Shown piece by piece: positions 53,172 through 64,000 of a DNA stretch of 64,000 bases; position 1 is the first letter of the stretch, and every line of letters begins with the position of its first letter. The stretch comes from Pecten maximus (taxonomy: Eukaryota): positions 8,928,001 through 8,992,000 of the forward strand of contig NC_047028.1 of assembly GCF_902652985.1 (NCBI RefSeq). Direction: 5' to 3'. The notes beneath the pieces are model-generated. The model did not search any database, was not told the DNA's origin, and saw only the letters and a program-made list of their open reading frames with translations. The translations under genes were made by a program, and so were the position numbers.

Positions 53172-56015
53172 TCACTCTCTTCTGATGTTCTTGAAATGTA
53201 CAGAATCTTTGGAATATTTTAGAACCGACTCGGCATATTTCTTCTCATTGATATACAAATAATTCTTGATTTCCGTCCGCCTGTCGTTGACATCGCTGAA
53301 TATATGTCCGCTATACCCAGGGCAGATCTCGAAATCTAGACTGACGTCATATCTGTGGTCGCTAATAGTGGCCTACAATAAAAAGCATAAAGTACGTATA
53401 TGCAACGATGACGACAAATTAATTATGTTGATAAGGGAGTTCGACTATTAACCATGTAAGCATTAATTAACATGTATAAACGAATCGTCACGTGATACGT
53501 CTTTAAATTAGGAGGTGCCTAAAATAACTGTGTCTGTGGATCAGTGACGCTGAAATTGTAGATTCTTTCGCGGATGCTCACATATGCTTTTCAACCTTAG
53601 AGATATCGATAGCGTATACACTTTAGCTCATCAAGTGCATAAATTGGTACCCACAGGTATAGAAATATATCTAATTAACACCAACAAATGATACCCACGG
53701 TATAGAGATATATCTAATTAACACCAACAAATGATACCAACGGTATAGAAATATATCTAATTAACACCAACAAATGATACCAACGGTATAGAAATATATC
53801 TAATTAACACCAACAAATGATACCAACATTATAGAAATATATCTAATTAACACCAACAAATGATACCAACGGTATAGAAATATATCTAATTAACACCAAC
53901 AAATGATACTTACGTTATAGAAATATAAACCTATACCATTATGACTATTTGTCAGAGATATAATGCCTTAGAATAAACGCAATTGGAAACTGGTGATGTA
54001 GACACCCGTGTATGAATTCTGTTGATGACGTTAACGTTTTAAGAACCAACATATCTAAGTAATGACAAGGGATATAGAATGAGGTTTGACATTTTTTTCG
54101 ACCTATTTGGTTTTCTCAGGCGCCTTCTAGGTATCAAAACCTAACATCACTGGCGAGTCCTAGAAGGATGGAACAGCTGTATGATGTCCCTAACATCACT
54201 GACGAGTCCTAGAAGGATGGAACAGCTGTATGATGTCCCTAACATCACTGACGAGTCCTAGAAGGATGGAACAGCTGTATGATGTCCCTAACATCACTGA
54301 CGAGTCCTAGAAGGATGGAACAGCTGTATGATGTCCCTATCATCACTGACGAGTCCTAGAAGGATGGAACAGCTGTATGACGTCCCTATCATCACTGACG
54401 AGTCCTAGAAGGATGGAACAGCTGTATGACGTCCCTATCATCACTGACAAGTCCTAGAAGGATGAAACAGCTGTATGATGTCCCTAGCATCACTAACGAG
54501 TCATAGAAGGACGAAACAGTTGTATGATGTCCCTAACATCATTGGCGAGTCCTAGAAGGACGAAACAGCTGTATGATGTCCCTAGCATCACTGACGAATC
54601 CTAAAAGGACGAAACAGCTGTATGATGTCCCTAACATCACTGACGAATTATCGAAGAACGATACAGCTGTGTAATGTCCCTAAAATCACTGACGAGTCCT
54701 AGAAGAACGATACAGCTGTATGATGTCCCTAACATCACTGACAAATCCTAGAAGAACGATACATCTGTATGATGTCCCTAACATCACTGACGAGTCCTAG
54801 AAGAACGATACAGCTGTATGATGTCCCTAACATCACTGACGAGTCATAGAAGAACGATACAGCTGTATGATGTCCCTAACATCACTGACGAGTCCTAGAA
54901 GAACGAAACAGCTGTATGATTGATGTTCCTAACATCACTGACGAATCCTATAAGAACGATACAGCTGTATGATGTCCCTAACATTACTGACGAGCCCTAA
55001 AAGAACGATACAGCTATGTGATGTCCCTAACATCACTGACGAATCCTAGAAGAACGATACAGCTGTATGATGTCCCTAGCATCACTAACGAGTCCTAGAT
55101 GTACGATACAGCTGTATGATGTCCCTAACATCACTGACAAGTCCAAGCAGGACAATACAGCTGTGTGATGTCCCTAGCATCACTGACGAAATCTCGAAGA
55201 ACGATACAGATGTATGATGTCCCTAACATCACTGACGAGTCCTAGAAGGACGATACAGCTGTATGATGTCCCTAACATCACCGACGAATCCTAGAAGAAC
55301 GATACAGCTGTATGATGCAGTTTTAATCCTTTTGACTCTACTGTATCTTACTCTCAGTTTGTTTCAGAGGGTACTTATATCCTGTTTTTGCTATCCTTAA
55401 TAATTAACTATCTGAACGTACATAGCTTCAAATGTCATACTTACTGTCGTCTCAACAGGCTGGCCAGTTATCCATACATGGAAGTTGTCACGTGCTGAAA
55501 GAAATCAGTAGATGATGACAGGGGCTATTATCAGTAAAACAACTATATCAAGAACTTGTCACATAACACATATATAAGTAGCTAACTAATTAACAACGAA
55601 TTGTGATATATTGTAAATAAGTAAATAAATTAGATTTGTGCATTTTTTGGATTGCACATTCATCATTAACAAAATCCAAACAATTTTGTTAGTTTCCACA
55701 TCAGGAAGGACAATAAAAACATGTACGGTTATGTATCTCTAAACATTGCTTCTGTATAATTGTTTGATAAATACAGTTTAATAAAAACAGATCGAAAAGG
55801 GATGGTTCTGTCCAGTATAACAAGGGAAAACGTTCCATTATCTTGGTGACAGACTGAAGATAACAAGAAATACGATATAGGTGAGGAATGTCTCGTGACA
55901 AATTAGCTAGATATGTGTTTGTATATCTGTACTTACAGAATGATATCCGTACATGCTGACCACCTAAATCTATTTCCCAGGCACAGCTCAGGCTTGCTCC
56001 TTTGCCCTTCTCCAT
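53172..56015 (-). CDS. FAIM-like (Fas apoptotic inhibitory molecule domain) protein, about 109 aa: complement join(55937-56015,55445-55494,53172-53372)
   Basis: Canonical TTTCAG/TGTAG acceptors and GTAAGT donors with matching phases. Spliced product MEKGKGASLSCAWEIDLGGQHVRISFSRDNFHVWITGQPVETTATISDHRYDVSLDFEICPGYSGHIF...YLYINEKKY resembles the recalled FAIM C-domain (WVLHMDGENFRIVLEKDAMDVWCNGKKLET). Start codon uncertain. Confidence 0.7.
53648..53927. repeat. 43-bp minisatellite, about 6.5 copies
   Basis: Unit ggtatagaaatatatctaattaacaccaacaaatgataccaac. Confidence 0.92.
54140..55317 (+). ncRNA. Tandem array of 24 minimal hammerhead-ribozyme motifs (49-bp unit)
   Basis: Reconstructed unit ccta-ACATCA-CTGACGA-GTCC-tagaa-GGAC-GAAA-C-agct-G-TA-TGATGT-c. 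It has stem I ACATCA/TGATGT, core CUGACGA, stem II GTCC/GGAC, GAAA, palindromic stem III and a GUA cleavage triplet. Individual units carry substitutions. Confidence 0.85.
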
Positions 56016-56102
56016 CTCTCCAGCTTTTCTGAAAGAAAACAAAACAGGTCATATTTGTTTTGTTCCCGCTTACGCCCTCAAATACCACCTGTCTTAGAAT
56101 AA

Positions 56103-56493
56103 TGGTGTATACACTCAACGAACTCTGTCATTTTACAATATGAAATAACCTTGGTGTATACACTCCCCAAACTCGTCATTGTACAATATGATATGACCTT
56201 GGTGAATACACTCCACAAACTCGTCATTGTACAATATGAAATGACCTTGGTGTATACACTCCCCAAACTCGTCATTGTACCATATGAAATGACCTTGGTG
56301 TATACACTCCACAAACTCGTCATTGTACAATATGAAATGACCTTGGTGAATACACTCCACGAACTCGTCATTGTACAATATGAAATGACCTTGGTGAATA
56401 CACTCCACGAACTCAACAATGTACAATATGAAATTACCTTGGTGTATACACTCCACAAACTCGTCATTGTACAATATGAAATGACCTTGGTGC
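56103..56493. repeat. 48-bp minisatellite, about 8 copies
   Basis: Unit tacaatatgaaatgaccttggtgtatacactccacaaactcgtcattg. Confidence 0.93.
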
Positions 56494-56621
56494 AAATTAT
56501 TTAAGTGCATATAAAAACATCAGCACCTATCGACGCGGTACAACAACTCGAACTTAATTTTAAAATGTATTTGATAATTAAATGTTAAATGTTTGCTTTG
56601 TTTATATGGATTTAAAATCCT

Positions 56622-57403
56622 CGCAACAGCCAGGGTCATATGAGGATGGATGTCAAGGTCAGCCAGGGTCATATGAGGATGGATGTCAAGGTCAGCCAGG
56701 GTCATATGAGGATGGATGTCAAGGTCAGCCAGGGTCATATGAGGATGGTTGTCAAGGTCAGCCAGGGTCATATGAGGATGGATATCAAGGTCACACCAAC
56801 AGCCAGGGTTATATGAGGATAGATGTCATGGTCAGCCAGGGTCATATGAGGATGGATATCAAGGTCAGCCAGGGTCATATGAGGATGGATGTCAAGGTCA
56901 CACCAACAGCCAGGGTTATATGAGGATAGATGTCAAGGTCAGCCAGGGTCATATGAGAATGGATATCAAGGTCAGCCAGGGTCATATGAGGATGGATGTC
57001 AAGGTCACACCAACAGCCAGGGTGATATGAGGATGGGTGTCAAGGTCACACCAACAGTCAGGGTCATATGAGGATGGATGTCAAGGTCAGCCAGGGTCAT
57101 ATGAGGATAGATGTCAAGGTCACATCAACAGTCATGGTCATATAAGGATGGATGTCAAGGTCACACCAACAGCCAGGGTCATGAGGATGGATGTCAAGGT
57201 CATACCAACAGGCAGGGTCATATGAGGATGGATGTCAATGTTACACCAATAGCGAGGGTCATACGTGGACGGATGTCAAGGTCACACCAACAGCCAGGGT
57301 CATACGAGGACGGATGTCAAGGTCACACCAACAGCCAGGGTCATACGAGGACGGATGTCAAGGTCACACCAACAGCCAGGGTCATATGAGTATGGATGTC
57401 AAG
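56622..57403. repeat. 33/41-bp minisatellite
   Basis: Unit cagccagggtcatatgaggatggatgtcaaggt with or without cacaccaa. Confidence 0.93.
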
Positions 57404-57541
57404 GAGACACCTAAAGTAAGAAAAAAAGAACAGAAAGACCGAGCAGTGAGGAAAGAGAGAAACTACTGGAGATAGAAAGCGTTACAATTGGGCAAAATAT
57501 ATGATTTTCGATCGAATACTTGAGAATAAATATCAACTTAC

Positions 57542-57641
57542 TTAGGCAAAGGAAATGGTATAGATTTGTGATTGAGTTTATCACGAGTGATGGCGATGAA
57601 CAGTGAACGGCGAAGTTTCCTATCGTTGGCGGATATTGCGA
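57542..57641 (-). other. Probable upstream (5'UTR or first) exon of the FAIM-like gene
   Basis: Strong donor AA|GTAAGT at 57541 and locally CpG-rich. 5' boundary uncertain. Frame is open into the next exon but has no ATG. Confidence 0.4.
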
Positions 57642-57884
57642 CTTATGGTGAAAAAAAAGTTGGTATTGGGTTGTCCGATATTTCAGGAATTGCTTTATTT
57701 AGATTTATTATTTTTTCTTCTATTTATTTTCAAAATTCATCAATAAACATTGTTCTGAAGAGGATACTCAATTAAAGCCTGATTTTTTTGTATGTTGAGT
57801 AACAAAATCAAATTTTATAATGTGTCATTGATGTGTCCCCGATAGAGCGTCACTACAAGGAAGTATCGACATTAGACGTGGATA

Positions 57885-57950
57885 CGAGTCCAATGGCGGG
57901 GCGAGAAAACAAACATACAGCTATTAACTTACACGGCCTTATTGGTTCAC
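57885..57950. promoter_or_regulatory. Candidate promoter of the FAIM-like gene (CCAAT and GC boxes)
   Basis: ccaatggcggggcg near 57890 and attgg near 57941, about 250-300 bp upstream of the putative first exon. Confidence 0.35.
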
Positions 57951-58188
57951 CCTCCCGACCTATCGACAGGTCATCAACTATCTAGAATACCTGATAATAA
58001 AGTTAACGATTATTCAATTGAATAGATACAATACCTGAATCAATGGAGTGCGGCTTCTCTTTCGTGAAGTTTATGGATACAGCGAGTTTAATCTAAACAT
58101 TATAGAATAATAACACGACTATCACACCGACCTCAGGTCTACATCGATTTCTTGTTACATTTTTACAGTATACTTATAACTACACCAA

Positions 58189-59741
58189 GCAGTCACATCT
58201 GTATCTAGTAACACTGAACAGTCACATATGTATCTAGTAACACTGAACAGTCACATTTGTATCTAGTAACACTGAACAGTCACATTTGTATCTAGTAACA
58301 CTGAACAGTTACATTTGTATCTAGTAACACTGAACAGTCACATTTGTATCTAGTAACACTGAACAGTCACATTTGTGTCTAGTAACACTGAACAGTCACA
58401 TTTGTGTCTAGTAACACTGAACAGTCACATTTGTGTCTAGTAACACTGAACAGTCACATTTGTGTCTAGTAACACTGAGCAGTCACATTTGTATCTAGTA
58501 ACACTGAACAGTCACATTTGTATCTAGTAACACCGAACAGTCACATTTGTATCTAGTAACACTGAACAGTCACATTTGTATCTAGTAATACTGATCAGTC
58601 ATATTTGTATCAAGTAACATTGAGCAGTCACATTTGTATCTAGTAACACTGAACAGTCACATATGTATCTAGTAACACTGAACAGTCACATTTGTATCTA
58701 GTAACACTGAGCAGTCACATTTGTATCTAGTAACACTGAACAGTCACATTTGTATCTAGTAACACTGATCAGTCACATTTGTATCTAGTAACATTGATCA
58801 GTCACATTTGTATCTAGTAACACTGAACAGTCACATTTGTATCTAGTAACACTGAACAGTCACATTTGTATCTAGTAATACTGAACAGTCACATTTGTAT
58901 CTAGTAACACTGAACAGTCACATTTGTATCTAGTAATACTGAACAGTCACATTTGTATCTAGTAACACCGAACAGTCACATTTGTATCTAGTAACACTGA
59001 ACAGTCACATTTGTATCTAGTAATACTGATCAATCACATTTGTATCTAGTAACACTGAACAGTCACATTTGTATCTAGTAACACTGAACAGTCACATTTG
59101 TATCTAGTAACACTGAACAGTCACATCTGTATCTAGTAACACTGAACAGTCACATGTGTATCTAGTAACACTGAACAGTCACATTTGCATCTAGTAACAC
59201 TGAACAGTCACATTTGTATCTAGTAACACTGAACAGTCACATTTGTATCTAGTAACACTGAACAGTCATATTTGTATCTAGTAACACTGAACAGTCACAT
59301 TTGTATCTAGTAACACTCAACAATCACATTTGTATCTAGTAACACTGAACAGTCACATTTGTATCTAGTAACACTGACCAGTCACATTTGTATCTAGTAA
59401 CTCTGAACAGTCACATTTGTATCTAGTAATACTGAACAGTCACATTTGTATCTAGTAACACTGAACAGTCACATTTGTATCTAGTAACACTGAACAGTCA
59501 CATTTGTATCTAGTAACACAGAGCAGTCACATTTGTATCTAGTAACACTGAGCAGTCACATTTATATCTAGTAACACTGAGCAGTCACATCTGTATCTAG
59601 TAACACTGAACAGTCACATTTGTATCTAGTAACACTGAGCAGTCACATTTGTATCCAGTAACACTGAGCAGTCACATTTGTATCTAGTAACACTGAGCAG
59701 TCACATTTGTATCTAGTAACACTGAAAAGTCACATTTGTAT
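58189..59741. repeat. 29-bp minisatellite, about 53 copies
   Basis: Unit cagtcacatttgtatctagtaacactgaa. Confidence 0.97.
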
Positions 59742-60247
59742 TAAGTTACAGTTAAGCAGTCCCATTTTATTTAGTTGCACTTTTGCAGTTCCATTTTCAA
59801 TGTCCTTTTCCTGACATATGTACTTTTGCAAGGGTAAACAAACGTGTCTATTCAGGATTCTGAATAAATCAATTACAATTCAAAGTATGACAATTGTATT
59901 TGTAGGGTTTTCTGTTTATCTAAACTCTTATACCGACCCGACAATAGGGAATACAATATGCATTGCTAACGATGATTATATATACTCTATCTACTGGAAA
60001 TCTGCCCAATAATGTGTCGCCATTATAATTTAGCCCTTGTGTCACATTTCCCAGACATATTGTGACTGTAAGTTATCATACCACAGCCGCCCTGTTATGT
60101 TTTCTAGATAGGCCATACAAACAAAAGTGAACACCACACAGTGCTTCAATGATTGATTGAGACAGAATAAAATGATCAAAATACTAAGAAGTGTGTAAAT
60201 ACAGATGAAAGATTGATACAAAACAGCTGGGTGAACAGGGCGGGTGT

Positions 60248-61055
60248 ATGTATGATACATGTATGTATGATATGTTTGGTATGTATGGTATGTTTGGTAT
60301 GTATGATGTATGGTATGTATGGTATGTGATGGTATGTATGGTATGTATGGTGTATGGTATGTATGATATGTATGATATGTATGATATGTATGATATGTAT
60401 GGTATGTATGATATGTATGGTATGTATGGTATGTATGGTATGTATGGTGTATGGTATGTATGATATGCATGGTATGATATGTATGGTATGTATGGTGTAT
60501 GGTATGTATGATATGTATGATATGTATGATATGTATGATATGTATGTATGATATGTATGATATGTATGGTATGTATGGTATGTATGGTGTATGATATGTA
60601 TGATATGTATGATATGTATGATATGTATGATATGTATGGTATGTATGGTATGTATGGTGTATGGTATGTATGATATGTATGATATGTATGATATGTATGG
60701 TATGTATGGTATGTATGATATGTATGATATGTATGGTATGTATGATATATATGATATGTATGATATGTATGGTATGTATGGTATGTATGGTATGTATGAT
60801 ATGTATGGTATGTATGGTATGTATGATATGTATGGTATGTATGGTATGTATGGTATGTATGGTATGTATGATATGTATGGTATGTATGGTATGTGATGGT
60901 ATGTATGATATGTATGGTATGTATGGTATGTATGATATGTATGATATGTATGGTATGTATGATATGTATGATATGTATGATATGTATGGTATGTATGATA
61001 TGTATGGTATGTATGATATATATGGTATGTATGATATGTATGGTATGTGATGGTA
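60248..61055. repeat. 9-bp microsatellite (TATGTATGR)n
   Basis: Direct observation. Confidence 0.97.
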
Positions 61056-61395
61056 TCTACTGTGTTCTGTAGTGCTCTAACTCCTCAAAGTAGGAACTGG
61101 TTCCATGTGACAATATATTAGTGGTAATAGTGATAATAAAAATAACATTAACAAAGGCTGAATGTTCTGGTTGGTTTAGTTGGGGTTAACGTTCTCACAA
61201 ATGTCACCGATATGGATTGGATGTTGTTTTAAAATGAGCGAACATAAAAGTACATAAAGATAAAATAAACGGATTGATTTGCTTCCCCTTGTCAGTATAT
61301 TGTTTAAACTCAATTTGACAAGACACGATTATGATGCAGTTGCAGCATCCTCTATATGAGGCTTCACGTATAATTTTATGATACCCGACAACCAC

Positions 61396-61962
61396 TGTCC
61401 TGCAGGTAGGGCGTAAGGTAGGCGTAAGGTAGGGCGTAAGATAGGGCGTAAGAATTGTACCTGCTGCCCCCATTGCATGATCGTAGAGGCGACTGAATTT
61501 GGGTCTTATATTTTCTCTTCTTTCTTACAAACTTTCTTCTTCCTAATGTCTCCCTTGACAATGCCTCACTTTTAGCCTTTAATTGAGTGTTCGCGGCTGT
61601 GAGGAAGGCTTTGGGTTCTGTCCCCTGGCCGAGACATACCAGAGTCTTTAAAAAATGGTAGTTGCTACTCTTGCTTAGCGCTGAGCATATTAGGAGTGGG
61701 ACGACTGGTTCACCCGTTGTCAGTATAATGTGACCGGCTGGGGTGTGATGCTGGGTGTCTTCGGCAGTATGCTCCAGTGAGGTAGCACTATAAATCGGCA
61801 AAAGTCCCGGCCTACCACAAGGAGACTTCACACAAACATACCGCAGCCTCCCAAAACACACATATACGCACTCACCACGCGCATGCATGTCGCACGCACG
61901 GGAGGCCGTCCTTAAATAACCTTAGCTGTTAATAGGATGTTAAACAAAATAAACCAAACCAA
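61396..61962 (+). mobile_element. Composite SINE, copy 2
   Basis: Homologous to 3224-3757. TSD acccgacaaccac at 61383-61395 and 61963-61975. 5' gtagggcgtaag reiterated 4 times. Confidence 0.88.
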
Positions 61963-62680
61963 ACCCGACAACCACGTACAACTCGTGTGACCTGCCTCTA
62001 CCATAACGTCGACAGCAGCTGGATTGTCACCTGGTTTGAACATGTGTTTGCCGATATATGCAAAGAAGGATAGTGATATTATAAAATGTAAAAAAGTAAT
62101 ATTCCAAAATTAGATTTTGATAAATAACTATTATCAAATTAATTTAGTTAGAAACAACAATCTGACAAACCCAAGATAGTTAGACGTCTTTCAAACTTTA
62201 ATGTCTGCAGTTCTGTGATGTATTCACCACGTAGTCGCGAACTGTATACGTTTATGGATGCGGTACGGTGATATCTGGTTTTCACCAAAACAGATCGGCT
62301 CACCGTCGAACTTCCAGACCCCTGATCTGGGACGTTTCGGCGAGACTGGCCTGTTGTTAATGTTAATTACAAATGTGTCACTGTTTAGAGGCCCTCTAAA
62401 TAGTGACGGAAATGCAGTCTGTACGACAGCTATTGTTTTAATATGTCACTCCCCCTCCTGCCCTGAGAACATTTTGAAAGGAATCTCGACGTTCTCCACA
62501 CCAATAACAGTTCTTGTGCTAATCTCTGATACAATAACGTCATCAATATTGAAATCATCGAGAGAATCCTTGTCGGACAAGTCATTACATGGATCCTGAA
62601 TGATTTGCAATGAGTGGGGAGAACGGAACAGTTTCCAACATTGTGACAGATTTAGTTTTTATAGCAAGTCGTAACCAAAA

Positions 62681-62908
62681 TGAAGGGATCTATCTGATGA
62701 AGGGATCTATCTGATGAAGGGAGCTATCGGATGAAGGGAGTTATCGGATGAAGGGAGCTATCTGACGAAGGGAGCTATCTGATAAATGGAACTATCTGAT
62801 GAATGGAACTATCTAATGAATGGAGTATCTGATGAATGGAACTATATATGATGTAGGGAGCTATCTGATGTAGGGAGCTATCTGATGAAGGGAGCTATCT
62901 GATGAAGT
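62681..62908. repeat. 17-bp minisatellite, about 13 copies
   Basis: Unit tgaagggagctatctga. Confidence 0.9.
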
Positions 62909-62971
62909 GGGTTTGCTGATGGAGAGGACAGTTTGGCGGATCTTGTTAAGCGGGTTGTCTTGAAATATGTT

Positions 62972-63325
62972 CTTATAATTTAATTTTGTATGAAACACGC
63001 ATTTTCATTGGCTGAAATAATTTTGTTATACCTCCATAACAAAATTTTTGACGTTGCGAAATGTAACGTCATTTTTGATTGGCTGATGACGTTGCGTAAT
63101 AATTTATCACAGAAAAGAGTTCGCCAAAGAAAGTGAAATATCTTGGTGTGTATAAGACGAAATTAAATTATAAGCATTAACATAAATTATTTTTTCTGTT
63201 ATACAGTCATAACATAAAAAACTGGAGTGTACTCTCTTCATAAACCGCTTCGCGGTTTATTTAGAGTACACTCCAGTTTTTTCTGTTATGACTGTATAAC
63301 AGAAAAAATAATTTATGTTAATCCT
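62972..63325 (-). mobile_element. Non-autonomous long-hairpin element, family B
   Basis: IR cttataatttaattt (62972) / aaattaaattataag (63160-63174), plus a hairpin with about 70-bp arms at 63176-63322 centred on ccgc-TTC-gcgg. Confidence 0.7.
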
Positions 63326-63347
63326 TAATTATATTACAAAATAATAA

Positions 63348-63733
63348 ATAGAGGATATCTAACAGTGTCTTCAGTAATACCAAATATATTTCACGAGTGG
63401 GGCTAATATTTTGATATTTTTCACGAGTGAGCAGCACGAGTGAAAAATATCAAAATATTAGCCACACGAGTGAAATATATTTGGTATTACTGAAGACACT
63501 GTTAGATATTCTGTTTATTACATTTTTTATCAACGAAAAACCTACCCCGTATGCTAACTAGGCCTAATGTAAACAAAAAAAGTAGTTCCCCCTGTCCAGG
63601 TGCTGACATATATGTCGGGCTTTCTGATTGGTCAATTATTTTGGTATTTTCTAATCATTAATTTGATTGGTCAAAAATATCACTTTTATAGAATCAATAA
63701 TTTTTGATATTTCACTGGTAAAAATGTAATAAA
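63348..63733 (+). mobile_element. Non-autonomous long-hairpin element, family A copy 2
   Basis: Near-identical to 5315-5742 with two small internal deletions. Confidence 0.82.
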
Positions 63734-64000
63734 AATGCATCATTTTACTTCTTGCTGGCAGAACCCAAGTGGGTAATACGCGGGAAAGTATGGTATTGTT
63801 GTAGGGTGGGGCGTCATGCTAACGTGTGCATACTTTTCAGTGTGGTAGCACTATAATGATTTCCGTCAGAGGCTCTTAAATCCTTCAAGTATCTACCTTA
63901 TTGTGTTGGTATGAACGAACTAATGCTAATCTATAGCTACACAAGAAAATTATAGTTGAAAAAAGACATGTACACAGTAAAGTTTTGTTTGTGTTTGTAA

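Noticed and set aside
56622-57420. 33/41-bp repeat as a coding exon (acceptor-like sequence near 57413 on -)
   Set aside because: Mixed unit lengths break the frame and all minus frames hit stops quickly.
10042-59741. Regular arrays as CRISPR loci
   Set aside because: Eukaryotic context, no unique spacers, no cas genes.
60042-61050. His/Tyr- or Met/Cys-rich ORFs
   Set aside because: Translations of a 9-bp microsatellite.
62681-62908. CTGATGA-containing 17-bp repeat as a second hammerhead array
   Set aside because: No stem II or GAAA partner; the unit is too short.

Overview
AT-rich animal genomic DNA, most likely a bivalve mollusc (inferred from the SINE and Helentron-type repeats). Main gene: a 16-exon RSF1 (remodeling and spacing factor 1) orthologue on + (ATG 6905, stop 32464, about 2943 aa, all junctions GT-AG and phase-consistent). 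It has an N-terminal DDT/WHIM-like region, a PHD finger and a very long P/Q/G/M-rich tail. The ORF track misses a small spliced FAIM-like gene on - (56015 to 53172) and a probable signal-peptide first exon on - (1434-1368). Close to 30% of the window is locus-specific tandem arrays with 9-68 bp units. Several visibly grew from local sequence: two from RSF1 splice donors and one from inside a transposase. The most striking finding is a head-to-tail array of 24 x 49-bp units (54140-55317), each a complete minimal hammerhead-ribozyme motif, lying antisense in the last intron of the FAIM-like gene. Mobile DNA includes two Mariner copies, a Harbinger/ISL2EU-like transposase relic, two SINE families sharing a 3' tail, Helentron-type non-autonomous elements, MITEs and long-hairpin elements. 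Most long ORFs in the track that lie over repeats are artefacts. Family assignments come from recalled motifs; no searches were run.
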